A stretch of 64,000 nucleotides of DNA from Thermoplasmata archaeon (GTDB lineage Archaea > Thermoplasmatota > Thermoplasmata > Lutacidiplasmatales > UBA184). Positions 55,147 to 64,000 of this stretch are shown in pieces. The notes under the pieces are model-generated. The model did no database searches. It worked only from the letters and a program-made list of their open reading frames with translations, and was not told where the DNA came from. How positions within the stretch are numbered: the stretch's first letter is position 1; each line of letters opens with the position of its first letter. The position numbers were made by a program, and so were the translations under genes. The stretch covers positions 120,174 to 184,173 of the forward strand of contig JAKAOF010000001.1 of the NCBI GenBank assembly GCA_021823345.1, written 5' to 3'.

Positions 55147-56372
55147 CCGGACGTAGCACCCTCGCGTTCCGCTACCTGTGGCGGCAGAAGATGCGGACCG
55201 GGTTCGTCGTCCTCACCTTCACGGCCGCGGTGACCGTCACGTTGTTGCTGACGAGCGCGATCGTGGGCACGGAGCAGACGTTCATCGGCGAGATCAACGC
55301 ATTGGGAGTCACGTGGATCTACGTGGAACCGGGCACCTCGAACAGCGCCGCGATCTACCCGCTCACGGTCGGGGACGCCCAGGCCATCGCCCATAATGTG
55401 TCCCATCTCTCGGCGGTCGCCCCGATCATGATCGACGGTCTTTCCGTCAACCTCCCTTCCTGGGGCAAGTCCCTTTCGGATATCACGGGCACAAACGCCT
55501 CCGTCCAAACGATCTTCAAGTACGGCGTGTCCGAGGGAACGTTCGCCCTGGACTGGCAGGGGAACCTGTCCGCTCCGCTCCCGATCGTCGTGGGATACAA
55601 CATCTGGACCCACAACGATCTGAGCGTGGGCCAGGAGCTCCCGGCGACCATCGTCTCGCTATCCGCCTCCGGGGGCGGCGGAGCGACCCAGGTGAACCTC
55701 ATCGTCGAGGGGTTGCTCGGACCCCGCGGCTCCCTGGCCGGCACCAACCTCGATGACGCCATCTTCACTCCCATCTCCGCCCTGGAAGACCTCACGAACA
55801 GCATTTCGCTGACCTACATCTTCGTCTCGGCATCTTCCTCGCAGTACGTCTCGCAGGTGACGAGCGATATCAGCACGGTCGTCCAGGCCCGTCACCAGGG
55901 CTATCAGGACTTCACCGTGCTCAGCGAGCAGTCCTGGGTCTCCTACGTGCACGATCAGCTCGCCCAGTTCACCTCGATCATCTCCCTGGTCGAAGCCACT
56001 CTGCTGATGCTCTCCTCCATGAGCGTCTTCGTCGTGATGACGATGGCCGTCAAGGACCGACGGCGGGTCATCGGGGCGATGCGGGCGATCGGCGCGCATC
56101 GCAGCGACATCATGGGGCAGTTCCTGCTCGAAGCATCCCTGATGAGCGTGACGGGGATCGGCGTGGGGGTGATCCTCGGCACCGTGGTGGCGGGCTATCT
56201 CAAAGCCAATGCGGGCGGGTTCTACAGCTACCTCCTCACCAACCCGATGGACCTGGGGGCGTACTTCTACGAGCTCTTGGGCATACTGTGGGCGGTGGGT
56301 TTCCTCTTCTCGATGGTCCCCGCCTACCAGGCGTCCCGGCTCGAGGCCGTGGAAGCGCTCAGTTCGCTTTAG
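55143..56372 (+). CDS. ABC transporter permease (FtsX/MacB-type)
   Basis: 409 aa with an N-terminal TM, a large extracytoplasmic loop and a C-terminal FtsX-like 3-TM bundle. The ATG overlaps the ATPase stop (ATGA). Confidence 0.82.
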   Translation: MTGRSTLAFRYLWRQKMRTGFVVLTFTAAVTVTLLLTSAIVGTEQTFIGEINALGVTWIYVEPGTSNSAAIYPLTVGDAQAIAHNVSHLSAVAPIMIDGLSVNLPSWGKSLSDITGTNASVQTIFKYGVSEGTFALDWQGNLSAPLPIVVGYNIWTHNDLSVGQELPATIVSLSASGGGGATQVNLIVEGLLGPRGSLAGTNLDDAIFTPISALEDLTNSISLTYIFVSASSSQYVSQVTSDISTVVQARHQGYQDFTVLSEQSWVSYVHDQLAQFTSIISLVEATLLMLSSMSVFVVMTMAVKDRRRVIGAMRAIGAHRSDIMGQFLLEASLMSVTGIGVGVILGTVVAGYLKANAGGFYSYLLTNPMDLGAYFYELLGILWAVGFLFSMVPAYQASRLEAVEALSSL

Positions 56373-57891
56373 ATCGTTCCCGGCGTCGGAACCAGATGCC
56401 CACGTTGAACAGGATCCCGGCCGCGATCCCGAGGCCGATCGCGATCACCAGCCACTGCGTCGCATCCGACGGTGGGGCACTCACGTTTCCAGAAACGTTC
56501 CCAAGGATGAAGTGCATTGCGGCCGACCCGGAGTACAGGAGCCCCGAGGCGTTGACCCACAGGGTCACCTCGGTGGCGTTCTCCGGGGCGGTGTAGTTCC
56601 CGTAGGTCATGCCGTTCGAGTCGGTGACCCATGGGGCGTACGGCGAGAACGAGCCTCCCCCGATACTCGCCGAGGGTAGCAGGGTCACCCCGGCCGCGGG
56701 CTTCCCTCCGCTCATCACCTCGATGGCGAGCGCGATCACGCGGGCCGTCCCATTGGTCTGCACGTGGTCGTGCAGGCTGATCGTCAGGGTCTCCGTCCCG
56801 GAAGGAAGTACCTTGGCCGAGAGGTTCCCAGAACCGAACACACTGTCGTTGAGGACCATGGACGTGAGTTCAAAGGTCGCTGCCCCGGTGACCCGGGGCA
56901 CCGGGTACGTGCTGTTGGCATAGCCCTCGGCATCCGTGACGGAGGTGCCGGGGGCTCCGCCAAGGTTCGACCAGTAACTGACGCACACTCCGGGGAGCAC
57001 CCTCCCCTGGGAGGTGACCCGCCAGCTCACGTTGGTCACGGTACCGGACACCAGCGGCGTGGGGGCCACCGCTCCGGTCACTTGGGCGTCCAGGATCGGA
57101 GTGCGGTTCCAAAGCTCGATGAGCTGCGCACCGCGGTAGATCGATGCGAACGAGGTCCCAGCCATGAACTCTCCCGAGAAGAGCGAGGAGTTCTGCACCT
57201 CTCCGGAAATGTTGAGGGGTGCCGTTCCGTTCCCTACCCAGCTCGCGAACGCGTTCTGCGGGCGGTACCAGTGGGTCGAGTTGAGCACCTCGAGGGTATC
57301 GGGAAGCAGGATCTCCTGTGGGAGCCACGCCCCATCCTGGGACGAGGAGGTCACCGTGACAAACGTGTCCGACGGAGTGGACACATTTTGCACTCCGGCG
57401 GAATAGTTCAGGATCGGGAGGCCGTTGACCGAGGCGGTCCACACCCCATTCGAACCTCCGGTCATGCGGACCTGGACCAGGCTGCCGACGGGTACGGGGT
57501 TGCCGGTGGAATATGTGATCAACTGGTCGGTCACGATGCTGAGGACCGCCGCGAACGGATAGGCCGTGCTCCCTCCGAGCGTCCAGTTCGCCTCCAGCCC
57601 CACCGCAATGAGGTCGGTCGAGTTGACCAACTCGTCCACTGCGACCTGGAAGCTTGCGAACCCCTTCCCCGGATAGGGTGGGAGCGAGAACTGGGTGATG
57701 TTCATGGCCGCCCCTGAGTTGGGCCAGACGTTGGGGTCGGTGGTGTTGATGAGATATGCGCCGGCAAAGGGGCTCTTGATCCCGGGAACGCCGGTGTGTG
57801 CGGGAACGCTTCCCACCCGAGAGGTCGGGAGGCTGTACGCTCCCGCGATGAGCAGGCCGACGAGGAGGACCGTCACCGGTACCGACGTCAT
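56359..57891 (-). CDS. Sequon-rich surface glycoprotein candidate with C-terminal TM anchor
   Basis: Signal MTSVPVTVLLVGLLIAGAYS. About 20 N-x-S/T sequons counted by eye. Two TD..G Ig-like units (VTDAEGYAN, VTDSNGMTY). TM WLVIAIGLGIAAGILFNVGIWF. The ATG overlaps the pgi/pmi stop (ATGA). Confidence 0.65.
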   Translation of the reverse strand: MTSVPVTVLLVGLLIAGAYSLPTSRVGSVPAHTGVPGIKSPFAGAYLINTTDPNVWPNSGAAMNITQFSLPPYPGKGFASFQVAVDELVNSTDLIAVGLEANWTLGGSTAYPFAAVLSIVTDQLITYSTGNPVPVGSLVQVRMTGGSNGVWTASVNGLPILNYSAGVQNVSTPSDTFVTVTSSSQDGAWLPQEILLPDTLEVLNSTHWYRPQNAFASWVGNGTAPLNISGEVQNSSLFSGEFMAGTSFASIYRGAQLIELWNRTPILDAQVTGAVAPTPLVSGTVTNVSWRVTSQGRVLPGVCVSYWSNLGGAPGTSVTDAEGYANSTYPVPRVTGAATFELTSMVLNDSVFGSGNLSAKVLPSGTETLTISLHDHVQTNGTARVIALAIEVMSGGKPAAGVTLLPSASIGGGSFSPYAPWVTDSNGMTYGNYTAPENATEVTLWVNASGLLYSGSAAMHFILGNVSGNVSAPPSDATQWLVIAIGLGIAAGILFNVGIWFRRRERSKAN

Positions 57892-58895
57892 GGCTTTGCG
57901 AGCGCCTTCCGCATCTTTTCGATGCCGATGATCGGCATCGGATCGATCCCCGACCGCTCCGCGTGCCACAGGGATGCATAATCCCCGATCCAGACCGCTT
58001 CCATGATCTCCGTCAGCGTATCCTTGCTCTGGAGGCGGACCTCCAATGTGACCACCCCAGCGTCCCGGAGTGCGCCGGCGAGGTACGTCACTCGCCGGGC
58101 CACCTCTCCATCATCCGTGGGTCCATGTATCAGAACGACCCTTCGGTTCGTCATGGACCCCCCTCGCTGCGCGTCCCAGGCGACGATCGCATTGTGGAGC
58201 ACTTCCGGCACGGTGTCGAAATGGGCGAGGCGTTTGGCGTTCTCCTCCGCTTGGGTGGTCCAACGGCGGCCCACGGGGGCAAGTCGCTCCGGTACGTAGA
58301 CGAGCAGATCCCCTTCTCCCCATGCCTTCGCCACGGTTTCCGACAACCCTCCTCGGTCGGCGATCCCCGGGCGCAGTCGACGAAGTTCGTCGGCGGTCCG
58401 ATGAACCATCTCTCCAGGAATGGACAGGTCCTTTTGCAGCATCCCCAACAACCCCCCGAGCTGGTAACCTAAGGAGGCCCGGGGAGGAAGTCCTGCGGGA
58501 ACCAGGGTACACGGCGCTTGGTCGTTCATCGCCCGCTGCCGGAGGTCCCCTCCCGAGGTGATGACCCCCACTCGAGCCCCCTGGCTCCGGCAGGCATCGT
58601 AGGCCGCGAGGGTCTCCACCGTGCCTCCTCCGTAGGACACGGCGAGGACGGGGGTTTGGGGTCCGACCCATGCCGGAGGACGGAAGTTGCGACATACCAC
58701 CAGCGCACGTTTCCCCCGCTGGAGCAAGTAGGAGCCGAGGAGGTCCGCGGCGATCGAACTACCCCCCATCCCGAGGACCACGAGCGGTTCTGAGCCCTGG
58801 GCGGCATAGGGGTTCTCCGAACCGGCCTCGAAGCCGGTCACGAGTTGGTCGGGGAGATCATCCACCCATTTCCGCATCCTCTCGAGCCCCTCCAT
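57888..58895 (-). CDS. Bifunctional phosphoglucose/phosphomannose isomerase (SIS domain)
   Basis: 335 aa. VVLGMGGSSIAADLL SIS motif and overall archaeal PGI/PMI pattern. Confidence 0.8.
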   Translation of the reverse strand: MEGLERMRKWVDDLPDQLVTGFEAGSENPYAAQGSEPLVVLGMGGSSIAADLLGSYLLQRGKRALVVCRNFRPPAWVGPQTPVLAVSYGGGTVETLAAYDACRSQGARVGVITSGGDLRQRAMNDQAPCTLVPAGLPPRASLGYQLGGLLGMLQKDLSIPGEMVHRTADELRRLRPGIADRGGLSETVAKAWGEGDLLVYVPERLAPVGRRWTTQAEENAKRLAHFDTVPEVLHNAIVAWDAQRGGSMTNRRVVLIHGPTDDGEVARRVTYLAGALRDAGVVTLEVRLQSKDTLTEIMEAVWIGDYASLWHAERSGIDPMPIIGIEKMRKALAKP

Positions 58896-58964
58896 CGCCT
58901 TCCTTCCCGCCCGAGGCGATACTCGATAGCCGTAAAAGAGTTATTTCCTACATCCCTTCTCGGA

Positions 58965-60764
58965 ATGGCTATGGCGTCACCGAAAAGTTGGGCCGTCCGG
59001 TACGTGGTGGACCCCCTGGACCTCCCGGGACACACGGTGCGGGTCACCACGGTCGTCGATCGAGCGCCCGGAGCACCACCGGTGCTCCAGTTCAGCTTGC
59101 CCGTCTGGACTCCGGGGTCCTACAGTGTTCGGGAGTATGCCCGGAACCTTCGGGGCGTTCGGGCCACCACCACGGAAGGAACGACGCTCGCCGTCACCAA
59201 GGAGACGAAGAACCGTTGGGGCGTTGCTGCCGGCAACGAGTCCCGGGTGCGGTTCGAGTACTCCGTCTATGGGCACGAGCCCTCCTGTCAAGGGGTCGAC
59301 ATCTCCCCCGAGCACCTCTATCTCAACGGGGCCGGAGTGTTCTGCGAGGTCGAGGGCACGAAGGGGCTTCCCCTTGAGCTCGAGATCCATCCCCCGGGCG
59401 ACTGGAAGGTCTACGTGGAACTGCCGGAGATCTCCCGCCATCCCCCCCTCTTTCGGGCCCGAGACTTCGACCAGCTGATCGATTCCCCGATCGAGGTCGG
59501 GACCCCGCAGGTCCATACCATTCGTCCGGCGGGGGTCCCCCATGACCTCCTGTTCTGCGGTCCCTCGGAGATGGTTCCGGCGCACCAGGTGGAGGAGGAT
59601 GTGGGAAAGATCGTCGAAGCAACGGCCCAGCTCTTCGGCAGCCTCCCGATGCCCCACTACACGTTCTTCTACCACCTCACGGAAAAGTGGGACGGGGGAC
59701 TCGAACACGCGGCCAGCACGTCCATCGTGATGCCGCACACGGTCTTCCGACCCCGCAAGGAGTACGAAGGCTTTCTCGGGGTCACCTGCCATGAGTACTT
59801 CCATCTGTTCAACGTCAAGCGCATCCACCCCCAGGCTCTCGGTCCCTTCGACTACTCCCGGGAGAACTACACCCACCTGCTCTGGCTCATGGAGGGCACG
59901 ACGGACTACTACACCGACCTCCTTCTGCGTCGGGCGGGACTCTTCAGCCCGCGGCATTATCTCTCCGAGCTCGGCAAGAAGATCAAGCGGTACCGCGAGA
60001 CCCCGGGGCGGCTCGTACAGAGCCTCGAGGACTCGAGCTTCAATTCATGGATCGACTTCTATCGGCCGAACGAGAACACCCGGAACACCTCGATCTCCTA
60101 CTACCTCAAGGGGGGACTGGTCTCCCTGTGCCTGGATCTCGAGCTTCGCCACCGCACCTCCAACGCGAAATCCCTGGACGATGTGATGCGCTATCTCTGG
60201 AAGGAATACGGGGTCCGCGGCGTGGGATTCCCCGAGGACTCACTTCCCGCGTCCATCGAGAAGGCCACTGGGGTCCTCACGCAAGATTTCTTTGCGGCCT
60301 ATGTGGCGGGGACGGAGGAGATCGATTTCAGCGCCTTCCTGGGGCATGCCGGCCTTTCCGCCTCGCCGGCCGAGAAGGAGCGGAAGAACTCCGACGAGGA
60401 AGAGGAGACCCCCGGGTACCTCGGCATCGAGTCGGAGAAGGTACGGGAGATCCCCCGTGTCCGGGTCGTCATCGAGGGCTCCCCGGCCCAGAAAGCCGGA
60501 TTGACCCCGGGCGACGAGCTCCTCGCGGTCGACGGGACTCGACTCACCTACGACTCGCTGCCGGACGTCCTCAAGCGGTACTCCCCGGGAGATGTCGCCG
60601 AGTTCACCTTCTTCCGTCGCGCCAAGCTGCAGAGCGTCCGGGTCGAGGTCGGAAAGGCGCCCCCCGAGAAGTGGTCGATCAAGCCGCGGGAGGGGGCGAC
60701 CCCGGAAGAACAGGCCATTGCGGTCGACTGGCTCAAGTTGGCCTGGAAGGACCTCACACCATGA
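58965..60764 (+). CDS. M61 family glycyl aminopeptidase with C-terminal PDZ domain
   Basis: HEYFHLFNVKRI (HExxH) and a PDZ segment GYLGIE...VIEGSPAQKAGLTPGDELLAVDG. ATG 58965 follows an A/T-rich TATA-like element (58933-58946). Confidence 0.82.
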   Translation: MAMASPKSWAVRYVVDPLDLPGHTVRVTTVVDRAPGAPPVLQFSLPVWTPGSYSVREYARNLRGVRATTTEGTTLAVTKETKNRWGVAAGNESRVRFEYSVYGHEPSCQGVDISPEHLYLNGAGVFCEVEGTKGLPLELEIHPPGDWKVYVELPEISRHPPLFRARDFDQLIDSPIEVGTPQVHTIRPAGVPHDLLFCGPSEMVPAHQVEEDVGKIVEATAQLFGSLPMPHYTFFYHLTEKWDGGLEHAASTSIVMPHTVFRPRKEYEGFLGVTCHEYFHLFNVKRIHPQALGPFDYSRENYTHLLWLMEGTTDYYTDLLLRRAGLFSPRHYLSELGKKIKRYRETPGRLVQSLEDSSFNSWIDFYRPNENTRNTSISYYLKGGLVSLCLDLELRHRTSNAKSLDDVMRYLWKEYGVRGVGFPEDSLPASIEKATGVLTQDFFAAYVAGTEEIDFSAFLGHAGLSASPAEKERKNSDEEEETPGYLGIESEKVREIPRVRVVIEGSPAQKAGLTPGDELLAVDGTRLTYDSLPDVLKRYSPGDVAEFTFFRRAKLQSVRVEVGKAPPEKWSIKPREGATPEEQAIAVDWLKLAWKDLTP

Positions 60765-61348
60765 CCCCGTCTCCGTCCGGAACGGTCGTGATCGGACTGA
60801 CCGGAGCGAGCGGTGCGCCGATCGCCCTGTCGGTGCTCCGGGCCCTCAAACACGCCGAGGTCCCCGTCCACCTCGTCGTCTCCGAGGGGGGGCTGGCCGT
60901 GCTCCGGGAAGAGTGCGGCCTGGGTCTCGACGACCTGCGCCCCTTGGCCACCGCCGTCCTCGGGGAAAAGGAGTTCACCGCCCGGGTCGCTAGCGGCTCG
61001 ACCTCGACCCGGGGAATGGCCATCGTCCCCTGTTCGTCGAACACGCTCGCGAAGATCGCCCACGGGATGGCTGATTCGCTGATCACTCGGGCGGCGCACG
61101 TTCACCTGAAGGAACACCGCCCGCTCATCCTGGTCCCCCGGGAGACCCCGCTCTCGGTCTTCACCCTGCGGAACATGACGACCCTTTCCGAGGCGGGAGC
61201 GACGATCCTCATGGCCGCGCCACCGTACTACCTCAAAGCCACCCAGGTGCAGGAACTGGTCGATTACCTCGCGGGCAAAGTGCTCGACCACCTCGGCGTC
61301 GCCCACTCCTTGTACCGGGGTTGGAAGACAGAGGAGGACCGTTCGTGA
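60761..61348 (+). CDS. ubiX: Flavin prenyltransferase UbiX
   Basis: GLTGASGAPIA, PCSSNTLAKIAHGMADSLITRAA and LKEHRPLILVPRETP motifs. The ATG overlaps the M61 stop (ATGA). Confidence 0.88.
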   Translation: MTPSPSGTVVIGLTGASGAPIALSVLRALKHAEVPVHLVVSEGGLAVLREECGLGLDDLRPLATAVLGEKEFTARVASGSTSTRGMAIVPCSSNTLAKIAHGMADSLITRAAHVHLKEHRPLILVPRETPLSVFTLRNMTTLSEAGATILMAAPPYYLKATQVQELVDYLAGKVLDHLGVAHSLYRGWKTEEDRS

Positions 61349-61923
61349 GACTACCCGACCTCCCTCGTCAGGACATGAACGTGCACCTTTCGTTCGGAGG
61401 GGTAGCCTTGCTCCTCGTGCTGCTCATCCTCATCACCCCCGCGCTCGAGAACGGCAGCACGTCGCCTTCGGGGCCGTTGTTCAGCCGCGGCGAGATATTC
61501 GTCGATTATCTGCCGAACTCCACTTTCACCCTCTATGTCGAGAGCTACGGGCACGTGCGTTTCTCCTCGATCTCCATCGCCATCAACACGACGGCCAACA
61601 ACCTCACGACCGGCAGCCACCCCCAACTCCTGTGGAATCTCTGGCAGAACAGCACCGATCGGCTGGACGCTTCCCTCTCAGTGACGAACACCACGGACTT
61701 CGTCGTGAACGTCACCACCGTCTATGAGAGCAGTCCCCCCATCACGATCACCACTTCCTATGGAGAGTACGGGTTCATGCTCGGTTCGGGTTCCAGCGGG
61801 CTGGTCCTCACGGCCATCCCGCTCGGCAACCTTCCCGCAACGGGCCCGGAGTCGTGGCCGGTGTCCCAGCTCCCCCAGGCCCTCCTGCTGGAAGAGACCT
61901 CGAGCTCCGGGGTGAAGGCATGA
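61345..61923 (+). CDS. Hypothetical N-terminally anchored, sequon-rich extracytoplasmic protein
   Basis: TM GGVALLLVLLILITPAL followed by a beta-rich domain with several N-x-S/T. Candidate starts are TTG 61321, GTG 61345 (GTGA overlap with the ubiX stop) and ATG 61375. Confidence 0.55.
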   Translation: MRLPDLPRQDMNVHLSFGGVALLLVLLILITPALENGSTSPSGPLFSRGEIFVDYLPNSTFTLYVESYGHVRFSSISIAINTTANNLTTGSHPQLLWNLWQNSTDRLDASLSVTNTTDFVVNVTTVYESSPPITITTSYGEYGFMLGSGSSGLVLTAIPLGNLPATGPESWPVSQLPQALLLEETSSSGVKA

Positions 61924-62249
61924 AGCCTTCCCGGGCGATCGTCTTCTGGACGCTCGTCATCGCCGTGCTGGTGATCCTCGAGCTTGCCGAGGTGTTCAAG
62001 TTCTTCACCTTGGGCTACGTCGCCGTCCTGGAGAACCCGCTCGCCTTCATCTTCTCCATCGTGCTCATCACGATCCTCGCCCTGGTCGGGGCCGTTTTCA
62101 TCGGAATCTATATTGCCCATCGCATCCTGTCCCCTCAAGGATTCACCCCTTTCGAGGAGGAAATGCTCCACATGCGTGAGGATGTCACCAAGCTTCGTCA
62201 AGAGCTCGAGACCGTATCGCAGACCCTGCGTACCGGGGAGAAGAAGTGA
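61920..62249 (+). CDS. Hypothetical small membrane protein (2 TM plus coiled-coil tail)
   Basis: 109 aa. TMs AIVFWTLVIAVLVILELA and FIFSIVLITILALVGAVFIGIYIA. The ATG overlaps the upstream stop (ATGA). Confidence 0.55.
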   Translation: MKPSRAIVFWTLVIAVLVILELAEVFKFFTLGYVAVLENPLAFIFSIVLITILALVGAVFIGIYIAHRILSPQGFTPFEEEMLHMREDVTKLRQELETVSQTLRTGEKK

Positions 62250-62812
62250 GGGTCCCCGTCGTCGACAATGGGGGCCAGTGGACCCACCGGGAGTACCGGG
62301 TCCTTCGTGACCTCGGGGTCGACACGGCGATCGTACCGAACACGACCCCCTTCGAACGGCTCGAGGCGGACGGGATCGTGTTGAGCGGAGGTACCCCGAG
62401 CCTAGAAGGGGCGACGCACGGTCTGGGGGTCGAGGGGACCTACCTTGAAGAGGCGAAGGTGCCCATCCTCGCCATCTGCGTGGGGCACCAACTGATGGCC
62501 CAACACTTCGGCGGTCAGATCGGGAAGGCCCGGACCCCGGAGTTCGGCCGAGTTCTGGTCCGGGTTTCCGAGGACGCTTCGCCCATCTTCCTGGGCATTC
62601 CCCAGACGTTTGTGGTGTGGGCCTCGCACAACGATGAAGTGACCCGACTGCCGGACCACTTCCGTACGGTCGCCCGGTCGGAGAACTGCTCCGTCGAGGC
62701 GATGGTGCATGATTCCCGCGCCCTGTTCGGTCTGCAATTCCATCCTGAGGTCGAGCACACGGAGCACGGAGAGCGCATCTTCCAGAACTTCCTGGCGCTC
62801 TGCCATCGGTAA
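62246..62812 (+). CDS. guaAA: GMP synthase subunit A (glutamine amidotransferase)
   Basis: 188 aa class I GATase. ILAICVGHQLMA catalytic Cys and GLQFHPEV His. The GTG overlaps the upstream stop (GTGA). Confidence 0.88.
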   Translation: MRVPVVDNGGQWTHREYRVLRDLGVDTAIVPNTTPFERLEADGIVLSGGTPSLEGATHGLGVEGTYLEEAKVPILAICVGHQLMAQHFGGQIGKARTPEFGRVLVRVSEDASPIFLGIPQTFVVWASHNDEVTRLPDHFRTVARSENCSVEAMVHDSRALFGLQFHPEVEHTEHGERIFQNFLALCHR

Positions 62813-62826
62813 AGGGGGAGATCAAG

Positions 62827-64000
62827 ATGCCACGGATCCGAGCGACATCGGGGGGAAAGGAGGAGCAGATCGTCGGTCGCGCCCGCGAGCTCCGACGGAA
62901 CCCTGAGGCGCTGCTCCCGAAACTCACCGACGATTGTCCGACCGCTCCATTCGACCGCCTCCGGGAGGAACTGAAGAAGGTCCAGGAGGCCGCCGATGAC
63001 CCGGAGGCGCTCAAACGCTGGATCGTGCGCGGGTCGGACCTCTCGCGCGCCTACGCCGCCCTCCTGCTCTTCCTCAAGGAACGTCCGGACGTGGTGACCG
63101 CCGTCGGCCGGTTCTCGACCGGGACTATTCCCTACCTCGCCCTCGGCAACCCTCCGCCCGAGGCGCAGATCGCGGTCCAGTACTACAGCGACCCCCGGCG
63201 CCTCCTCATGGGATACTACAAGCTCGCCAAGGGGGGCCTGTTCGGCGGAGGGGGACTCCATTTCTATGCGATGGAAGACCGGGTGATCTGCACCGGGAAG
63301 GAAGGGAGCCCGCCCGACCGGTTCGTGGCCCAGGCGGTTGCCCGGCTGCCGTATCGGTTGAACTTCGTCGAGTCCCCTGAGCGAGGGTACGTCTGTCAGC
63401 ATCTCCAGCGGGGCGAATTGCAGCCCCACCTTGCCATCACGTGGGAGGCGGCGCGGGCCACGATCAAGGTCTGCCGGCGTTGCGCCCGGGAAGACACCCA
63501 TCTCTTGGGCTCGCTCTTGGACAACATGGCCGTTCCGGACCCGATGAGCGGGTTCTCCATCACCCTCGAGTATCCCGTCCAGCACCACCATGAAGGGAGC
63601 TGTCTCCTCGCGGATCTTCAAGGGCACGACAGCGGGAGCGAGAAGACCTACCGCCGGGGAAAGCTCTCCGACGCGGCGCTCCTCGCCGAGTTCGTCCGGA
63701 GCTCCGAAGAATCGATCCGCTCGAGCCGCAATCCGTGCTTCGTGGCGGGGGGACACTGCTACTCGACCGACGTGAAGGCCTTCACCGAGAGCCTCTCGCC
63801 CACCGAGGCGGAGAAGATCGTGCTATCGGAGATGCTTCCGACCCACGGATCCCCCCTCCTCGTCCCTGAACGCACCTCCGGGAAGACCCTCGAGGTGCTC
63901 TGGAAGGACCGGGCCCTCGATATCCTCCGGATCATGGGGACGGACGACGCCGAGGCGGAGCGACTCCTCAGCGAGTTCCAGAGTTCCCCCGGGCGCGTCA
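62827..64000 (+). CDS. Conserved-looking hypothetical protein, 5' part (open to the window end)
   Basis: By hand translation, frame 1 is open from ATG 62827 to position 64000, with strong GC3 bias. A purine-rich GGGGGAG lies 7 nt upstream. It is absent from the ORF track because there is no stop in the window. Contains CRRC and several His/Cys. I recognised no family. Confidence 0.6.
   Translation, partial: MPRIRATSGGKEEQIVGRARELRRNPEALLPKLTDDCPTAPFDRLREELKKVQEAADDPEALKRWIVRGSDLSRAYAALLLFLKERPDVVTAVGRFSTGTIPYLALGNPPPEAQIAVQYYSDPRRLLMGYYKLAKGGLFGGGGLHFYAMEDRVICTGKEGSPPDRFVAQAVARLPYRLNFVESPERGYVCQHLQRGELQPHLAITWEAARATIKVCRRCAREDTHLLGSLLDNMAVPDPMSGFSITLEYPVQHHHEGSCLLADLQGHDSGSEKTYRRGKLSDAALLAEFVRSSEESIRSSRNPCFVAGGHCYSTDVKAFTESLSPTEAEKIVLSEMLPTHGSPLLVPERTSGKTLEVLWKDRALDILRIMGTDDAEAERLLSEFQSSPGRV

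Noticed and set aside
1-64000. Stop-codon recoding (pyrrolysine or selenocysteine), inteins, and tRNA introns
   Set aside because: All recognised genes are intact in single frames with normal lengths. LonB and the synthetases show no insertions. Both tRNAs fold without introns.

Overview
A GC-rich, very gene-dense archaeal chromosomal segment. Archaeal markers include GatD/GatE, deoxyhypusine synthase, CDP-archaeol synthase, membrane LonB, split PheRS, SRP54, TFS, archaeosine TGT, archaeal NMNAT, PGI/PMI and a C/D box sRNA. The gene content suggests Thermoplasmatota, but that placement is inference only. About 50 protein genes, 2 tRNAs (Ser-CGA, Gly-CCC) and 1 clear C/D box sRNA are supported. 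I saw no CRISPR array, rRNA, transposase or integrase. The housekeeping backbone is interrupted by very large, sequon-rich surface proteins. Four of them (1766-4357, 4516-8355, 11943-16580, 48928-52704) share one ~86 aa Cys-pair Ig-like module in tandem arrays, at least 17 copies in total. In each, the array links a different head to a C-terminal TM anchor and cytoplasmic tail. The heads are a GH25 muramidase, a GH57-like glucanase, YVTN beta-propellers and a BNR/Asp-box propeller. This modular tethered-hydrolase/adhesin set, especially the membrane-tethered peptidoglycan muramidase in an archaeon, is the most interesting signal. Secondary signals: a Nudix gene coupled to a diglycine ThiS/SAMP-like gene, a ComA-wHTH fusion, and a sedolisin with a 334 aa disordered cytoplasmic tail. 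Others are small Cys-rich proteins, many 4-nt start/stop overlaps, leaderless-type TATA spacing and several convergent 3' overlaps. All domain calls come from motif recognition by eye and no searches were run. Many listed ORFs are antisense shadow ORFs typical of high-GC DNA.
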